IMG/VR virus record: IMGVR_UViG_2529292889_000013
Source: a virus
Taxonomy: Duplodnaviria; Heunggongvirae; Uroviricota; Caudoviricetes
Direction: 5' to 3' (one strand)
DNA: 13,795 nt
Both the position numbers and the translations under genes were made by a program. The notes under the pieces were generated by a model. The model worked only from the letters and a program-made list of their open reading frames with translations. It was not told the origin of the DNA and did no database searches. Positions 7,499-13,795 of the stretch are shown one piece after another. Positions within the stretch are counted from its first letter, which is position 1, and the number at the start of each line of letters is the position of its first letter.

Positions 7499-7741
7499 TC
7501 ACTGGTGAAAGGCGTAAATGTCGCGCCTTGATACAACAGGTATAAGCTTGATCCATAGAGGATAAATGCAGATAATCCCTTGTATTGCTATGATCACTAG
7601 AATCATGAAACGAGCTGATCTATGCGCCCAAGCCTGGCTTATTTTTTCTGATAGAGATTTCGCAATAAAAGCATGCGCTAAGCCGTAAATTGTCGAGATT
7701 GCCAACATCCCAAAAAAGCTTGCTATAGCGGTTCCAACCAT
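7499..7741 (-). CDS. Small two-helix membrane protein, about 80 aa, downstream of cI
   Basis: Two hydrophobic stretches (VGTAIASFFGMLAISTIYGLAHAFIA and FMILVIIAIQGIICIYPLWIKLIPVV). Begins just after the cI stop: ATG at 7739-7741, or a TTG at 7760-7762 giving the 87-aa track form. Occupies the position of rexAB in lambda. Confidence 0.5.
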   Translation of the reverse strand: MVGTAIASFFGMLAISTIYGLAHAFIAKSLSEKISQAWAHRSARFMILVIIAIQGIICIYPLWIKLIPVVSRRDIYAFHQ

Positions 7742-7758
7742 AATCGCCCGTTGCGTGA

Positions 7759-8475
7759 TCAAACCAGCCTTAGTTTTGTCTCAATTGCAACGCCTATAAT
7801 CTTACAGTTTCCATTGATTGGCACGAGAGGCCATGCAGGGTTAAGTCCCTTGAGGTATTTATTTCCGCCGTCAATTATCAGCTTCTTGAATGTTGCTTCG
7901 TTAGAGTCAGAAAGTTTTGCTATGACCAAGCTGCCGTTGATCGCCTCCCTTCCGGTATCGAAAAGAACGAATGTTCCCTCTGGAATGCTTAACCCAACCG
8001 GTGCCGTCATTGAATCACCTTCCACTTTAAGCCAGAACGCATTACCTTGAATATGCGCGTCAGACTCAAGCCAAACATCTATGTCTTTAATGGTGTATGG
8101 TTCGCATGCTTCACACCACGAACCAGCCTGGATACTGCTTAACACCGGATACCTCTTTCCTGCTCTGTATTCCCCTGCATACCTTACGTTGGCATCGCTC
8201 TTAAGGCTTTCTGCCTGTTCTGCAACCTTGGCAGCAATTGACTGGCTAAAATCAGCAATTGAGACTTGCAACAATCGTGCAAAACCAGATGCAACCTCAA
8301 CGTTTAGCGCGTTTCTGCCATTAAGATAATGCCCTACCGCTCCTTGGGTGATACCCAGTTCATCAGCGATTGAGTATTGGGTTATTCCCAATTCTTTCTT
8401 TTTTGACTCATACAAAGCCTTAAGCCGCTTAGCGTCTTCGAGCTGTTCTGTCGTCAGTGATTTTTTATTTTCCAT
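7759..8475 (-). CDS. cI: CI repressor (HTH DNA-binding domain plus LexA/S24-like autocleavage domain)
   Basis: 238-aa ORF. N-terminal LTTEQLEDAKRLKALYESKKKELGITQYSIADELGITQGAVGHYLNGRNALN parallels lambda cI; C-terminal AFWLKVEGDSMTAP...FKKLI matches the S24 peptidase domain. Confidence 0.95.
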   Translation of the reverse strand: MENKKSLTTEQLEDAKRLKALYESKKKELGITQYSIADELGITQGAVGHYLNGRNALNVEVASGFARLLQVSIADFSQSIAAKVAEQAESLKSDANVRYAGEYRAGKRYPVLSSIQAGSWCEACEPYTIKDIDVWLESDAHIQGNAFWLKVEGDSMTAPVGLSIPEGTFVLFDTGREAINGSLVIAKLSDSNEATFKKLIIDGGNKYLKGLNPAWPLVPINGNCKIIGVAIETKLRLV

Positions 8476-8481
8476 AGCTTA

Positions 8482-8552
8482 ATTCTAATAGCTAAGGTAC
8501 TTAAACTAAAAATACCCTGGGTATTGATTGCTTTGAATACCTGTAGTATTCT
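8482..8552. promoter_or_regulatory. OR operators with divergent PRM and PR promoters
   Basis: Palindromes AATACCCTGGGTATT (8511-8525), AATACCTGTAGTATT (8536-8550) and weaker AATAGCTAAGGTACT (8487-8501). PR: -35 TTGATT 8524-8529, 17-bp spacer, -10 TATTCT 8547-8552. PRM on the minus strand: -10 TAGAAT (plus 8482-8487) about 6 nt before the cI ATG. Confidence 0.65.
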
Positions 8553-8581
8553 TTGTTCATGGTTAATAACGGAGAGTGCAT

Positions 8582-8776
8582 ATGATTCGAATGACACTTG
8601 CCGATTACGCCAAAATCCATGGACAGGCTAAAGCAGCCAGTGACTTTGGTGTAATCCAGTGCGCTATCAGCAAGGCCATTCTGGCAGGCCGTAACATCAT
8701 GGTTACGGTAAAGCCTGATGGCAGTGTGATTGGAGAGGAAGTTCGTCCTTTCCCAAGCAACAAGAAAAACAAATAG
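8582..8776 (+). CDS. cro: Cro repressor
   Basis: 64-aa ORF from ATG 8582 (SD GGAGAG 5 nt upstream; the track start is a GTG 6 nt earlier). [33 protein letters not shown]...DGSV..EEV.PFPSNKK aligns with lambda Cro. Confidence 0.9.
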   Translation: MIRMTLADYAKIHGQAKAASDFGVIQCAISKAILAGRNIMVTVKPDGSVIGEEVRPFPSNKKNK

Positions 8777-8782
8777 TAACAC

Positions 8783-8826
8783 CGCTCTTTAACAGTCATG
8801 GTCCTCATTCCCGCCGAAATGCGGGA
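8783..8826 (+). promoter_or_regulatory. nutR (boxA plus boxB hairpin)
   Basis: CGCTCTTTAA (8783-8792) followed by TCCCGC-CGAAAT-GCGGGA (8809-8826), identical to the nutL boxB, in the cro-cII interval. Confidence 0.75.
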
Positions 8827-8833
8827 ATACAAC

Positions 8834-8868
8834 GCGCATAAGTTGATGCGCATAACTTCTTATTTGTT
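8834..8868 (+). terminator. Possible tR1-like terminator or pause hairpin
   Basis: GCGCAT-AAGTTG-ATGCGC hairpin (8834-8851) followed by ATAACTTCTTATTTGTT. The U-tract is imperfect; lambda tR1 is Rho-dependent, so this is tentative. Confidence 0.3.
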
Positions 8869-8884
8869 AAGGAAATACTTACAT

Positions 8885-9163
8885 ATGGAACTTACAAGTA
8901 CTCGCAAGAAAGCGAATGCAATTACAAGCAACATCCTGAATCGAATTGCTGTACGTGGTCAGCGAAAGGTTGCCGACGCGTTAGGGATTAATGAATCGCA
9001 AATTTCGCGATGGAAAGACAGCTTCATCCCAAAAATGGGAATGCTTCTGGCTGTTCTTGAATGGGGTGTTGAAGACGAGGAGTTGGCGGAACTGGCTAAG
9101 AAAGTAGCCAGAATGCTGACAAAAGAAAAAGCCCCGAAGAACGGCGAATTCTTCGAGGCCTGA
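8885..9163 (+). CDS. cII: Transcriptional activator CII
   Basis: Start at ATG 8885 preceded by TAAGGAAATACTTACAT, which matches the lambda cII initiation region as I remember it. The protein contains SQISRWK..IPK..MLLAVLEWGV as in lambda CII. The track ORF starts 87 nt upstream without support. Confidence 0.9.
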   Translation: MELTSTRKKANAITSNILNRIAVRGQRKVADALGINESQISRWKDSFIPKMGMLLAVLEWGVEDEELAELAKKVARMLTKEKAPKNGEFFEA

Positions 9164-9198
9164 TGTAGAAAGACTGGATCAATCCACAGGAGTCATTA

Positions 9199-9360
9199 TG
9201 ACAAAACGTCGTAAGAAATACCAGGAAAAAGAAGAGATTCGACACCCTGATTCACCTGAGGGATTAGTGGTAGCCGCAGCAAATAACAGGGCGTTCGCAG
9301 AGCGCCTTGTTGGTGTTTACAGACTAGCCAAAGCAGGAGTGAAACATGGGCGTCGTTAAG
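9199..9360 (+). CDS. Hypothetical small basic protein, 53 aa
   Basis: Sub-threshold [56 protein letters not shown] translated by hand. AGGAG 6 nt before the ATG; the 3' end overlaps the O start by 15 nt. Confidence 0.4.
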
Positions 9361-10167
9361 TTAGCTGATTACAGGCCTCAACTGGAGGTCGTGGAGCATC
9401 GCGTGGCAGATACCGAAGATGGTTTCATGCGCGTTGCTAACGAGATTACCGACAGTCTGCTGATGGCTGATTTAACCGTCCGGCAGTTGAAGGTGATGCT
9501 CGCTATCATGCGCAAGACATACGGATTCAATAAGCCGATGGATCAACTCACAAACACGCAGATAGCAGCCATGACAGGTATTCATCACACTCATGTTTGC
9601 GCTGCCAAGCGCCAGCTTATCGAGCGTAAATTCCTCATTGCTGATGGCGTGAAAATCGGAGTGAACAAGGTGGTTTCGCAGTGGATTAGCCAGGACAGCT
9701 TAACATTAGCTAAAACAGCTAATAAAACATTAGCCGAGTCGGCTAATGGGTATAAGCCAAGTCAGCTAAACACAAAAGACAATATACAAAAGACAATAAA
9801 TACAAATACCCCCTTACCCCCTAACGGGGGCGGCGATGGGCAGGTTAAACCTGAACGTCGCAAGGCAGAACGAATCGACTACGAATCCTTCCTGAACGCC
9901 TACAACACCGAAGTCGGTGACAGACTTCCACACGCTGTTGCGGTCAACGAGAAACGCAAACGTCGCCTGAAGAAAATCATCCCGCAACTGAAAACGCCAA
10001 ACGTGGACGGTTTCAGAGCGTATGTCAGGGCGTTTGTGCATCAGGCCAAGCCGTTTTACTTCGGAGACAACGACACGGGCTGGACGGCTGATTTTGATTA
10101 CCTGCTGAGAGAAGATTCGTTAACGGGAGTTCGGGAAGGGAAGTTTGCAGACAGGGGGATTGCATGA
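9346..10167 (+). CDS. O: Replication initiator, O-like (origin-binding N-terminal domain)
   Basis: 273-aa ORF. N-terminal [37 protein letters not shown] parallels lambda O (ADLTKRQFKVLLAILRKTYGWNKPMDRITDSQLSEIT). The C-terminal half differs from lambda O. Stop overlaps the helicase ATG (ATGA). SD AGGAG upstream. Confidence 0.88.
   Translation: MGVVKLADYRPQLEVVEHRVADTEDGFMRVANEITDSLLMADLTVRQLKVMLAIMRKTYGFNKPMDQLTNTQIAAMTGIHHTHVCAAKRQLIERKFLIADGVKIGVNKVVSQWISQDSLTLAKTANKTLAESANGYKPSQLNTKDNIQKTINTNTPLPPNGGGDGQVKPERRKAERIDYESFLNAYNTEVGDRLPHAVAVNEKRKRRLKKIIPQLKTPNVDGFRAYVRAFVHQAKPFYFGDNDTGWTADFDYLLREDSLTGVREGKFADRGIA
9700..9830 (+). repeat. Putative replication origin inside the O-like gene: iteron-like repeats, AT-rich tract, GC-rich clamp
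   Basis: Repeated TTAGC/GCTAA motifs (CATTAGCTAA, CAGCTAAT, inverted repeat CATTAGCC-GAGTC-GGCTAATG, TCAGCTAAA) at about 9701-9772; AT-rich AAAAGACAATA x2 at 9773-9808; then CCCCCTTACCCCCTAACGGGGG. Layout resembles ori-lambda. Confidence 0.45.
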
Positions 10168-11540
10168 GACAGGATATCGAAGCGAGCGTTATCGGCGGTC
10201 TGCTGATTGGTGGATTAACGCCAACCGCCAGCGACGTTCTGGCAACGCTTGAGCCGGAAGCGTTTTCAATTCCGCTCTACCGGAAAGCCTTCGAGGTTAT
10301 CCGCAAGCAGGCGCGAAACAGAAACCTAATCGACGCGCTGATGGTTGTCGAGGCGTGCGGAGAGGAGCATTTCACGTCAATCCTGATGACCAGCAAAAAC
10401 TGCCCGAGCGCCGCAAACCTGAAGGGATATGCCGGAATGGTCGCGGATAACTATCACCGCCGACTGGTGCTGAAAATCATGGATGAAATGCGTGAACCAA
10501 TTCAGAGCGGAACCATCGACGCATCGAGTCAGGCGATGGATGAACTTGTAAAGCGTCTTTCAGCCATCAGAAAGCCCCGTGACGAGGTTAAACCTGTGCG
10601 GTTAGGGGAAATCATCACTGACTACACTGACACGCTTGACAGGCGTCTGAGGAACGGAGAAGAGTCAGATACCCTGAAGACCGGAATCGAAGAACTTGAT
10701 GCCATCACCGGAGGGATGAACGCAGAAGACCTGGTGATAATCGCTGCTCGTCCTGGTATGGGGAAAACCGAGCTGGCGCTGAAGATTGCCGAAGGTGTTG
10801 CAAGCCGCGTTATTCCTGGTTCTGACGTCCGGCGCGGAGTATTGATTTTCTCAATGGAAATGAGCGCATTGCAGATTGCAGAGCGAAGTATTGCCAACGC
10901 CGGGAGGATGTCGGTTAGCGTACTGCGAAATCCTGCATCGATGGATGACGAGGGCTGGGCACGTGTTGCTAACGGCATGAGTCAGCTTGCAGATCTGGAT
11001 GTATGGGTAGTCGATGCCTCGCGGTTATCGGTCGAAGAAATACGCTCAATCGCAGAACGGCACAAACAGGAAAATCCAAACCTGTCACTCATCATGGCGG
11101 ATTATCTTGGCCTGATTGAGAAGCCGAAAGCAGACCGCGACGACCTCGCAATTGCTCACATCTCAGGAAGCCTGAAGGCGATGGCGAAAGACCTGAAAAC
11201 ACCTGTTATCTCCCTGAGTCAGCTTTCGCGCGATGTTGAGAAGCGACCAAACAAACGCCCGACAAACGCAGATTTGCGTGATTCAGGAAGCATTGAGCAG
11301 GACGCAGACTCAATCATCATGCTCTATCGGGAAGCGGTATATGACGAGAACAGTAGCGCCGCGCCATTTGCTGAAATCATCGTGACGAAAAACCGTTTTG
11401 GCTCACTTGGTACGGTTTACCAGCGGTTCTGCAACGGACACTTTGTTGCGTGTGACCAGGATGAAGCCAGACAGATTTGCACAGCATCAAATGCACCTGC
11501 TGCGCGTGGCAGACGATATGCACAAGGGGCTGACGTATGA
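10164..11540 (+). CDS. DnaB-family replicative helicase (P22 gp12-like)
   Basis: 458-aa ORF with Walker A ARPGMGKT, and the helicase motifs ADYLGLI and [20 protein letters not shown]. Confidence 0.93.
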   Translation: MRQDIEASVIGGLLIGGLTPTASDVLATLEPEAFSIPLYRKAFEVIRKQARNRNLIDALMVVEACGEEHFTSILMTSKNCPSAANLKGYAGMVADNYHRRLVLKIMDEMREPIQSGTIDASSQAMDELVKRLSAIRKPRDEVKPVRLGEIITDYTDTLDRRLRNGEESDTLKTGIEELDAITGGMNAEDLVIIAARPGMGKTELALKIAEGVASRVIPGSDVRRGVLIFSMEMSALQIAERSIANAGRMSVSVLRNPASMDDEGWARVANGMSQLADLDVWVVDASRLSVEEIRSIAERHKQENPNLSLIMADYLGLIEKPKADRDDLAIAHISGSLKAMAKDLKTPVISLSQLSRDVEKRPNKRPTNADLRDSGSIEQDADSIIMLYREAVYDENSSAAPFAEIIVTKNRFGSLGTVYQRFCNGHFVACDQDEARQICTASNAPAARGRRYAQGADV

Positions 11541-11565
11541 CCATCTACATCACTGAGCTAATAAC

Positions 11566-11597
11566 AGGCCTGCTGGTAATCGCAGGCTTTTTTATTT
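11566..11597 (+). terminator. Intrinsic terminator after the replication genes (tR2-like)
   Basis: AGGCCTGC-TGGTAATC-GCAGGCTT stem-loop followed by TTTTTTATTT, starting about 26 nt past the helicase stop. Confidence 0.6.
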
Positions 11598-11612
11598 GGG
11601 GGAGAGTAAATC

Positions 11613-11819
11613 GTGGCTGAGTTAATTTTCTCTGCATTGAGGATTCTCGGTGCTATGTGGATGGTGTCGACGTTCATTGTGGTTGTCGGAAGTTTTGTCC
11701 GGTTGGTAGGCGAAGGTAAAGACCTGGTGGGTGTGCTTTTCGGTAGCATTCTCCTGTGGGTGATTATCGGTGTTGCGCCTGTCGCTGTAGCAAAAATGGC
11801 GTGGCGTTTTGTGAGTTGA
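11613..11819 (+). CDS. Small two-helix membrane protein, 68 aa
   Basis: GTG start at 11613 preceded by GGGGGAGAG with a 6-nt spacer. Two hydrophobic stretches (ALRILGAMWMVSTFIVVVGSFV and VLFGSILLWVIIGVAPVAVA). Confidence 0.5.
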   Translation: MAELIFSALRILGAMWMVSTFIVVVGSFVRLVGEGKDLVGVLFGSILLWVIIGVAPVAVAKMAWRFVS

Positions 11820-11836
11820 ACTGATGGTAAGTACCG

Positions 11837-12169
11837 ATGGACGAATCAAGAAAGCAGTTTGAAGAAAGTTGGTTGCGACGTGGGGGCGAATCTTCAGACC
11901 TTATCCGTTACCCTGAAAATCACCATGAAATTGGCAGCGGTAATATTGGTGGTCAATACGTGATGAACGATGTTCAAGGCCACTGGCAAACGTGGCAGGC
12001 ATCGCGAGCAGCTATTGAACTGGATATCGACTGGCCCGAATCGAATGACAACTTTTGGAAAGGTGGCGAAGAAGGCGCTTATGCGATGGGGCATGAGGAT
12101 GGGAAGGACAAAACGGTAATTGCAGTGATGAAAGCCATCATAGCCGCTGAAGTCAAAGTGAAGGAGTAA
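11837..12169 (+). CDS. Hypothetical protein, 110 aa
   Basis: ORF ending 2 nt before the ninB start codon. Acidic, Trp-rich. No family recognised. Weak SD. Confidence 0.55.
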   Translation: MDESRKQFEESWLRRGGESSDLIRYPENHHEIGSGNIGGQYVMNDVQGHWQTWQASRAAIELDIDWPESNDNFWKGGEEGAYAMGHEDGKDKTVIAVMKAIIAAEVKVKE

Positions 12170-12171
12170 CG

Positions 12172-12582
12172 ATGAAGCAAACAATCTTCCTCCGAACTAA
12201 GCAACAACAGCAAGCCGCAATCAACGCCATCCTCTCAGCTCCTCTCGATAAAGACAAGCCAGTCACCATCCGCATTACTGACTACAAGCGCAACCTTGAC
12301 CAGAACGCAAAATTTCACGCGATGGTCGCAGATATCGCTAGGCAAGTTCAGTGGCGCGATAAATGGTTAAAACCAGAACAATGGAAGGTTTTGTTGATAA
12401 GCGGTCATGCAGTGGCAACGAAACAGGAAGCTGATGTTTTACCCGGGCTTGAAGGCGAATGCGTCAACATTCGCGAAAGCAGCGCGCAGATGAGTGTGAA
12501 GCGTATGGCAAGTCTGATTGAGTACACGACAGCATGGGCTATTGGTCAGGGTGTCAGATTTACCGACAGGAGGTACGAATGA
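12172..12582 (+). CDS. ninB: NinB recombination protein (Orf family)
   Basis: 136-aa ORF; its pattern (..IRIT...[21 protein letters not shown]...WL.PE.WK...) parallels lambda NinB. SD AAGGAG upstream. Confidence 0.8.
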   Translation: MKQTIFLRTKQQQQAAINAILSAPLDKDKPVTIRITDYKRNLDQNAKFHAMVADIARQVQWRDKWLKPEQWKVLLISGHAVATKQEADVLPGLEGECVNIRESSAQMSVKRMASLIEYTTAWAIGQGVRFTDRRYE

Positions 12583-12755
12583 GACGACAGCGACGAAGTT
12601 TCACCGACATCATCTGCGAAAACTGCAAATACCTTCCAACGAAACGCTACAGAAATAAACGCAAGCCAATCCCAAAAGAATCTGACGTAAAAACCTTCAA
12701 TTACACGGCTCACCTGTGGGATATCCGGTGGCTAAGACATCGTGCGAGGAAATGA
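12579..12755 (+). CDS. Hypothetical small basic nin-region protein, 58 aa
   Basis: ATG at 12579 overlaps the ninB stop (ATGA) and follows AGGAGG with a 5-nt spacer. The track ORF begins 45 nt upstream without support. Very basic; one CxxC. Confidence 0.5.
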   Translation: MRRQRRSFTDIICENCKYLPTKRYRNKRKPIPKESDVKTFNYTAHLWDIRWLRHRARK

Positions 12756-12757
12756 CA

Positions 12758-13117
12758 ATGGATTATTCACAGTTAAGTGATTTTGAAATTAACGTGGCGG
12801 TATTCGAAGCCATTCATAACGGATCACCGGATTATAAGGAAGGTGAGAATGGCGATATGGTGTTTGTCTCATTTGAGGGAGACATTGTAAACGGAGACGC
12901 AGTCGAAGTAGAAGTTGAGCGCGGTTCCTTTAACCCATGCGCAAACCCAGCAGACGCATGGCCGATTATTGAAAAATACAGGATTAGCATTATCAATCTC
13001 GATGAAGACGAGTGGGGTGCACGTGGTGTGGCCTACTGTAAATCTAAGCGAGCTATACATGAAAATCCCCTCCGCGCCGCCATGATTGTCTTTCTCATGA
13101 TGCAGAGAATCCAATAA
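12758..13117 (+). CDS. Hypothetical nin-region protein, about 120 aa
   Basis: ATG at 12758, 7 nt after GAGGA. An alternative ATG at 12752 overlaps the upstream stop. Acidic protein. No family recognised. Confidence 0.6.
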   Translation: MDYSQLSDFEINVAVFEAIHNGSPDYKEGENGDMVFVSFEGDIVNGDAVEVEVERGSFNPCANPADAWPIIEKYRISIINLDEDEWGARGVAYCKSKRAIHENPLRAAMIVFLMMQRIQ

Positions 13118-13293
13118 TGCTTAGCCCATCCCAATCCATTCAATACCAGAAAGAAAGCGTCGAGCGGGCTTTAACGTGCGCTAACTGCGGTCAGAAGCTG
13201 CATGTGCTGGAAGTTCACGTGTGTGAGCACTGTTGCGCAGAACTTATGAGCGTTCCGAATAGCTCAATGTACGAGGAAGAAGACGATGAATGA
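13117..13293 (+). CDS. ninF: NinF-like small zinc-ribbon protein, 58 aa
   Basis: Sub-threshold ORF MLSPSQSIQYQKESVERALTCANCGQKLHVLEVHVCEHCCAELMSVPNSSMYEEEDDE translated by hand. CxxC...CxxCC motif; start overlaps the previous stop (TAATG). The NinF assignment is from memory. Confidence 0.55.
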   Translation: MLSPSQSIQYQKESVERALTCANCGQKLHVLEVHVCEHCCAELMSVPNSSMYEEEDDE

Positions 13294-13795
13294 GTTAATA
13301 AATGGCAATGCCATAAAAATGACAAGCATTGAAATCGCTGAGTTGGTTGGTAAGCGTCATGACAATGTGAAACGTACCATCGAAACGCTGGCTAAAAATG
13401 GTGTTATCCGGCTTCCTCAAATTGAGGATTGTGGAAGAATCAATGGGTTAGGCTTAAATCAAAGTTTTTGTGTGTATGTATTCGAAGGCGAACAAGGAAA
13501 GCGAGACAGTATTGTCGTTGTAGCCCAGTTGTCGCCGGAATTCACGGCTCGCCTTGTTGACCGTTGGCGAGAGCTTGAAGAAGCTGCGGTTAATATCCCA
13601 AAAACGCTACCAGAAGCGTTGCGCCTTGCTGCTGACCTTGCTGAGCAGAAAATGCAACTGGAAAACCAGCTCGCAATTGCCGCACCTAAAGTTGAGTTTG
13701 CCGATCGCGTTGGCGAGGCCAGCGGAATTTTGATTAGAAACTTTGCAAAGGTTGTTGGAATTGGTCCAAACAAACTGTTTGCGTGGATGCGCGAT
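13286..13795 (+). CDS. Phage antirepressor / regulatory protein, Rha-type N-terminus (3'-truncated by window edge)
   Basis: Open frame from ATG 13286 (SD GAGGAA, 8-nt spacer) to the end of the window, 170 codons with no stop. MTSIEIAELVGKRHDNVKRTIETL matches my recollection of the Rha N-terminal signature. Absent from the ORF track because it has no stop in the window. Confidence 0.7.
   Translation, partial: MNELINGNAIKMTSIEIAELVGKRHDNVKRTIETLAKNGVIRLPQIEDCGRINGLGLNQSFCVYVFEGEQGKRDSIVVVAQLSPEFTARLVDRWRELEEAAVNIPKTLPEALRLAADLAEQKMQLENQLAIAAPKVEFADRVGEASGILIRNFAKVVGIGPNKLFAWMRD

Noticed and set aside
7751-8853. ORFs antisense to cI and cro (7751..8050, 8081..8329, 8501..8782, 8605..8853)
   Set aside because: They overlap strongly supported cI and cro genes and the OR region on the opposite strand, with no initiation signals.
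8798-8884. Upstream 29-codon extension of cII in the ORF track
   Set aside because: The extension would start inside the nutR boxB hairpin; the ATG at 8885 has the lambda-like TAAGGAAATACTTACAT initiation context.
9814-10978. Minus-strand ORFs 9814..10041 and 10622..10978
   Set aside because: Antisense to the O-like and helicase genes; typical GC-rich antisense frames without SDs.
11537-11620. 27-codon hydrophobic ORF ([27 protein letters not shown]) overlapping the helicase stop
   Set aside because: The same bases form the stem-loop and T-tract of the terminator; the hydrophobic translation is probably a by-product of the T-rich tract.
11558-12184. Minus-strand ORFs 11558..11749, 11622..11849 and 11894..12184
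   Set aside because: Antisense to the rightward nin-region genes; Pro/Thr/His-rich low-complexity translations.
12869-13773. Minus-strand ORFs 12869..13114 and 13459..13773
   Set aside because: Antisense to a nin-region gene and to the Rha-type antirepressor frame, which has a clear SD and family signature.
1-13795. CRISPR arrays, tRNA or rRNA genes, insertion-sequence ends
   Set aside because: No regularly spaced direct repeats, no tRNA-like cloverleaf candidates and no terminal inverted repeats flanking a transposase-like ORF were seen. The attachment site presumably lies just outside the left edge.

Overview
The window is the early-left, immunity and replication region of a lambda-like (lambdoid) prophage from an enterobacterium, with gene order matching phage lambda. 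On the minus strand, right to left: PL/OL, nutL, N, an unknown 207-aa gene, a terminator, cIII, a Kil-like peptide, a Rad52-type annealing protein, an HNH endonuclease, ssb, several unknown genes, a self-contained secreted-protein gene, xis and int. The centre holds cI with a small membrane protein downstream, and the divergent OR/PRM/PR region. On the plus strand: cro, nutR, cII, an O-like initiator with internal origin repeats, a DnaB-type helicase, a terminator, ninB and ninF-like genes, and the start of a Rha-type antirepressor cut by the window edge. No rRNA, tRNA or CRISPR array was seen. The most likely places for an undescribed function are the 207-aa gene in the N-cIII slot and the membrane-protein locus downstream of cI, which sits where lambda carries rexAB. 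All calls rest on reading the sequence and remembered family features; no searches were run.
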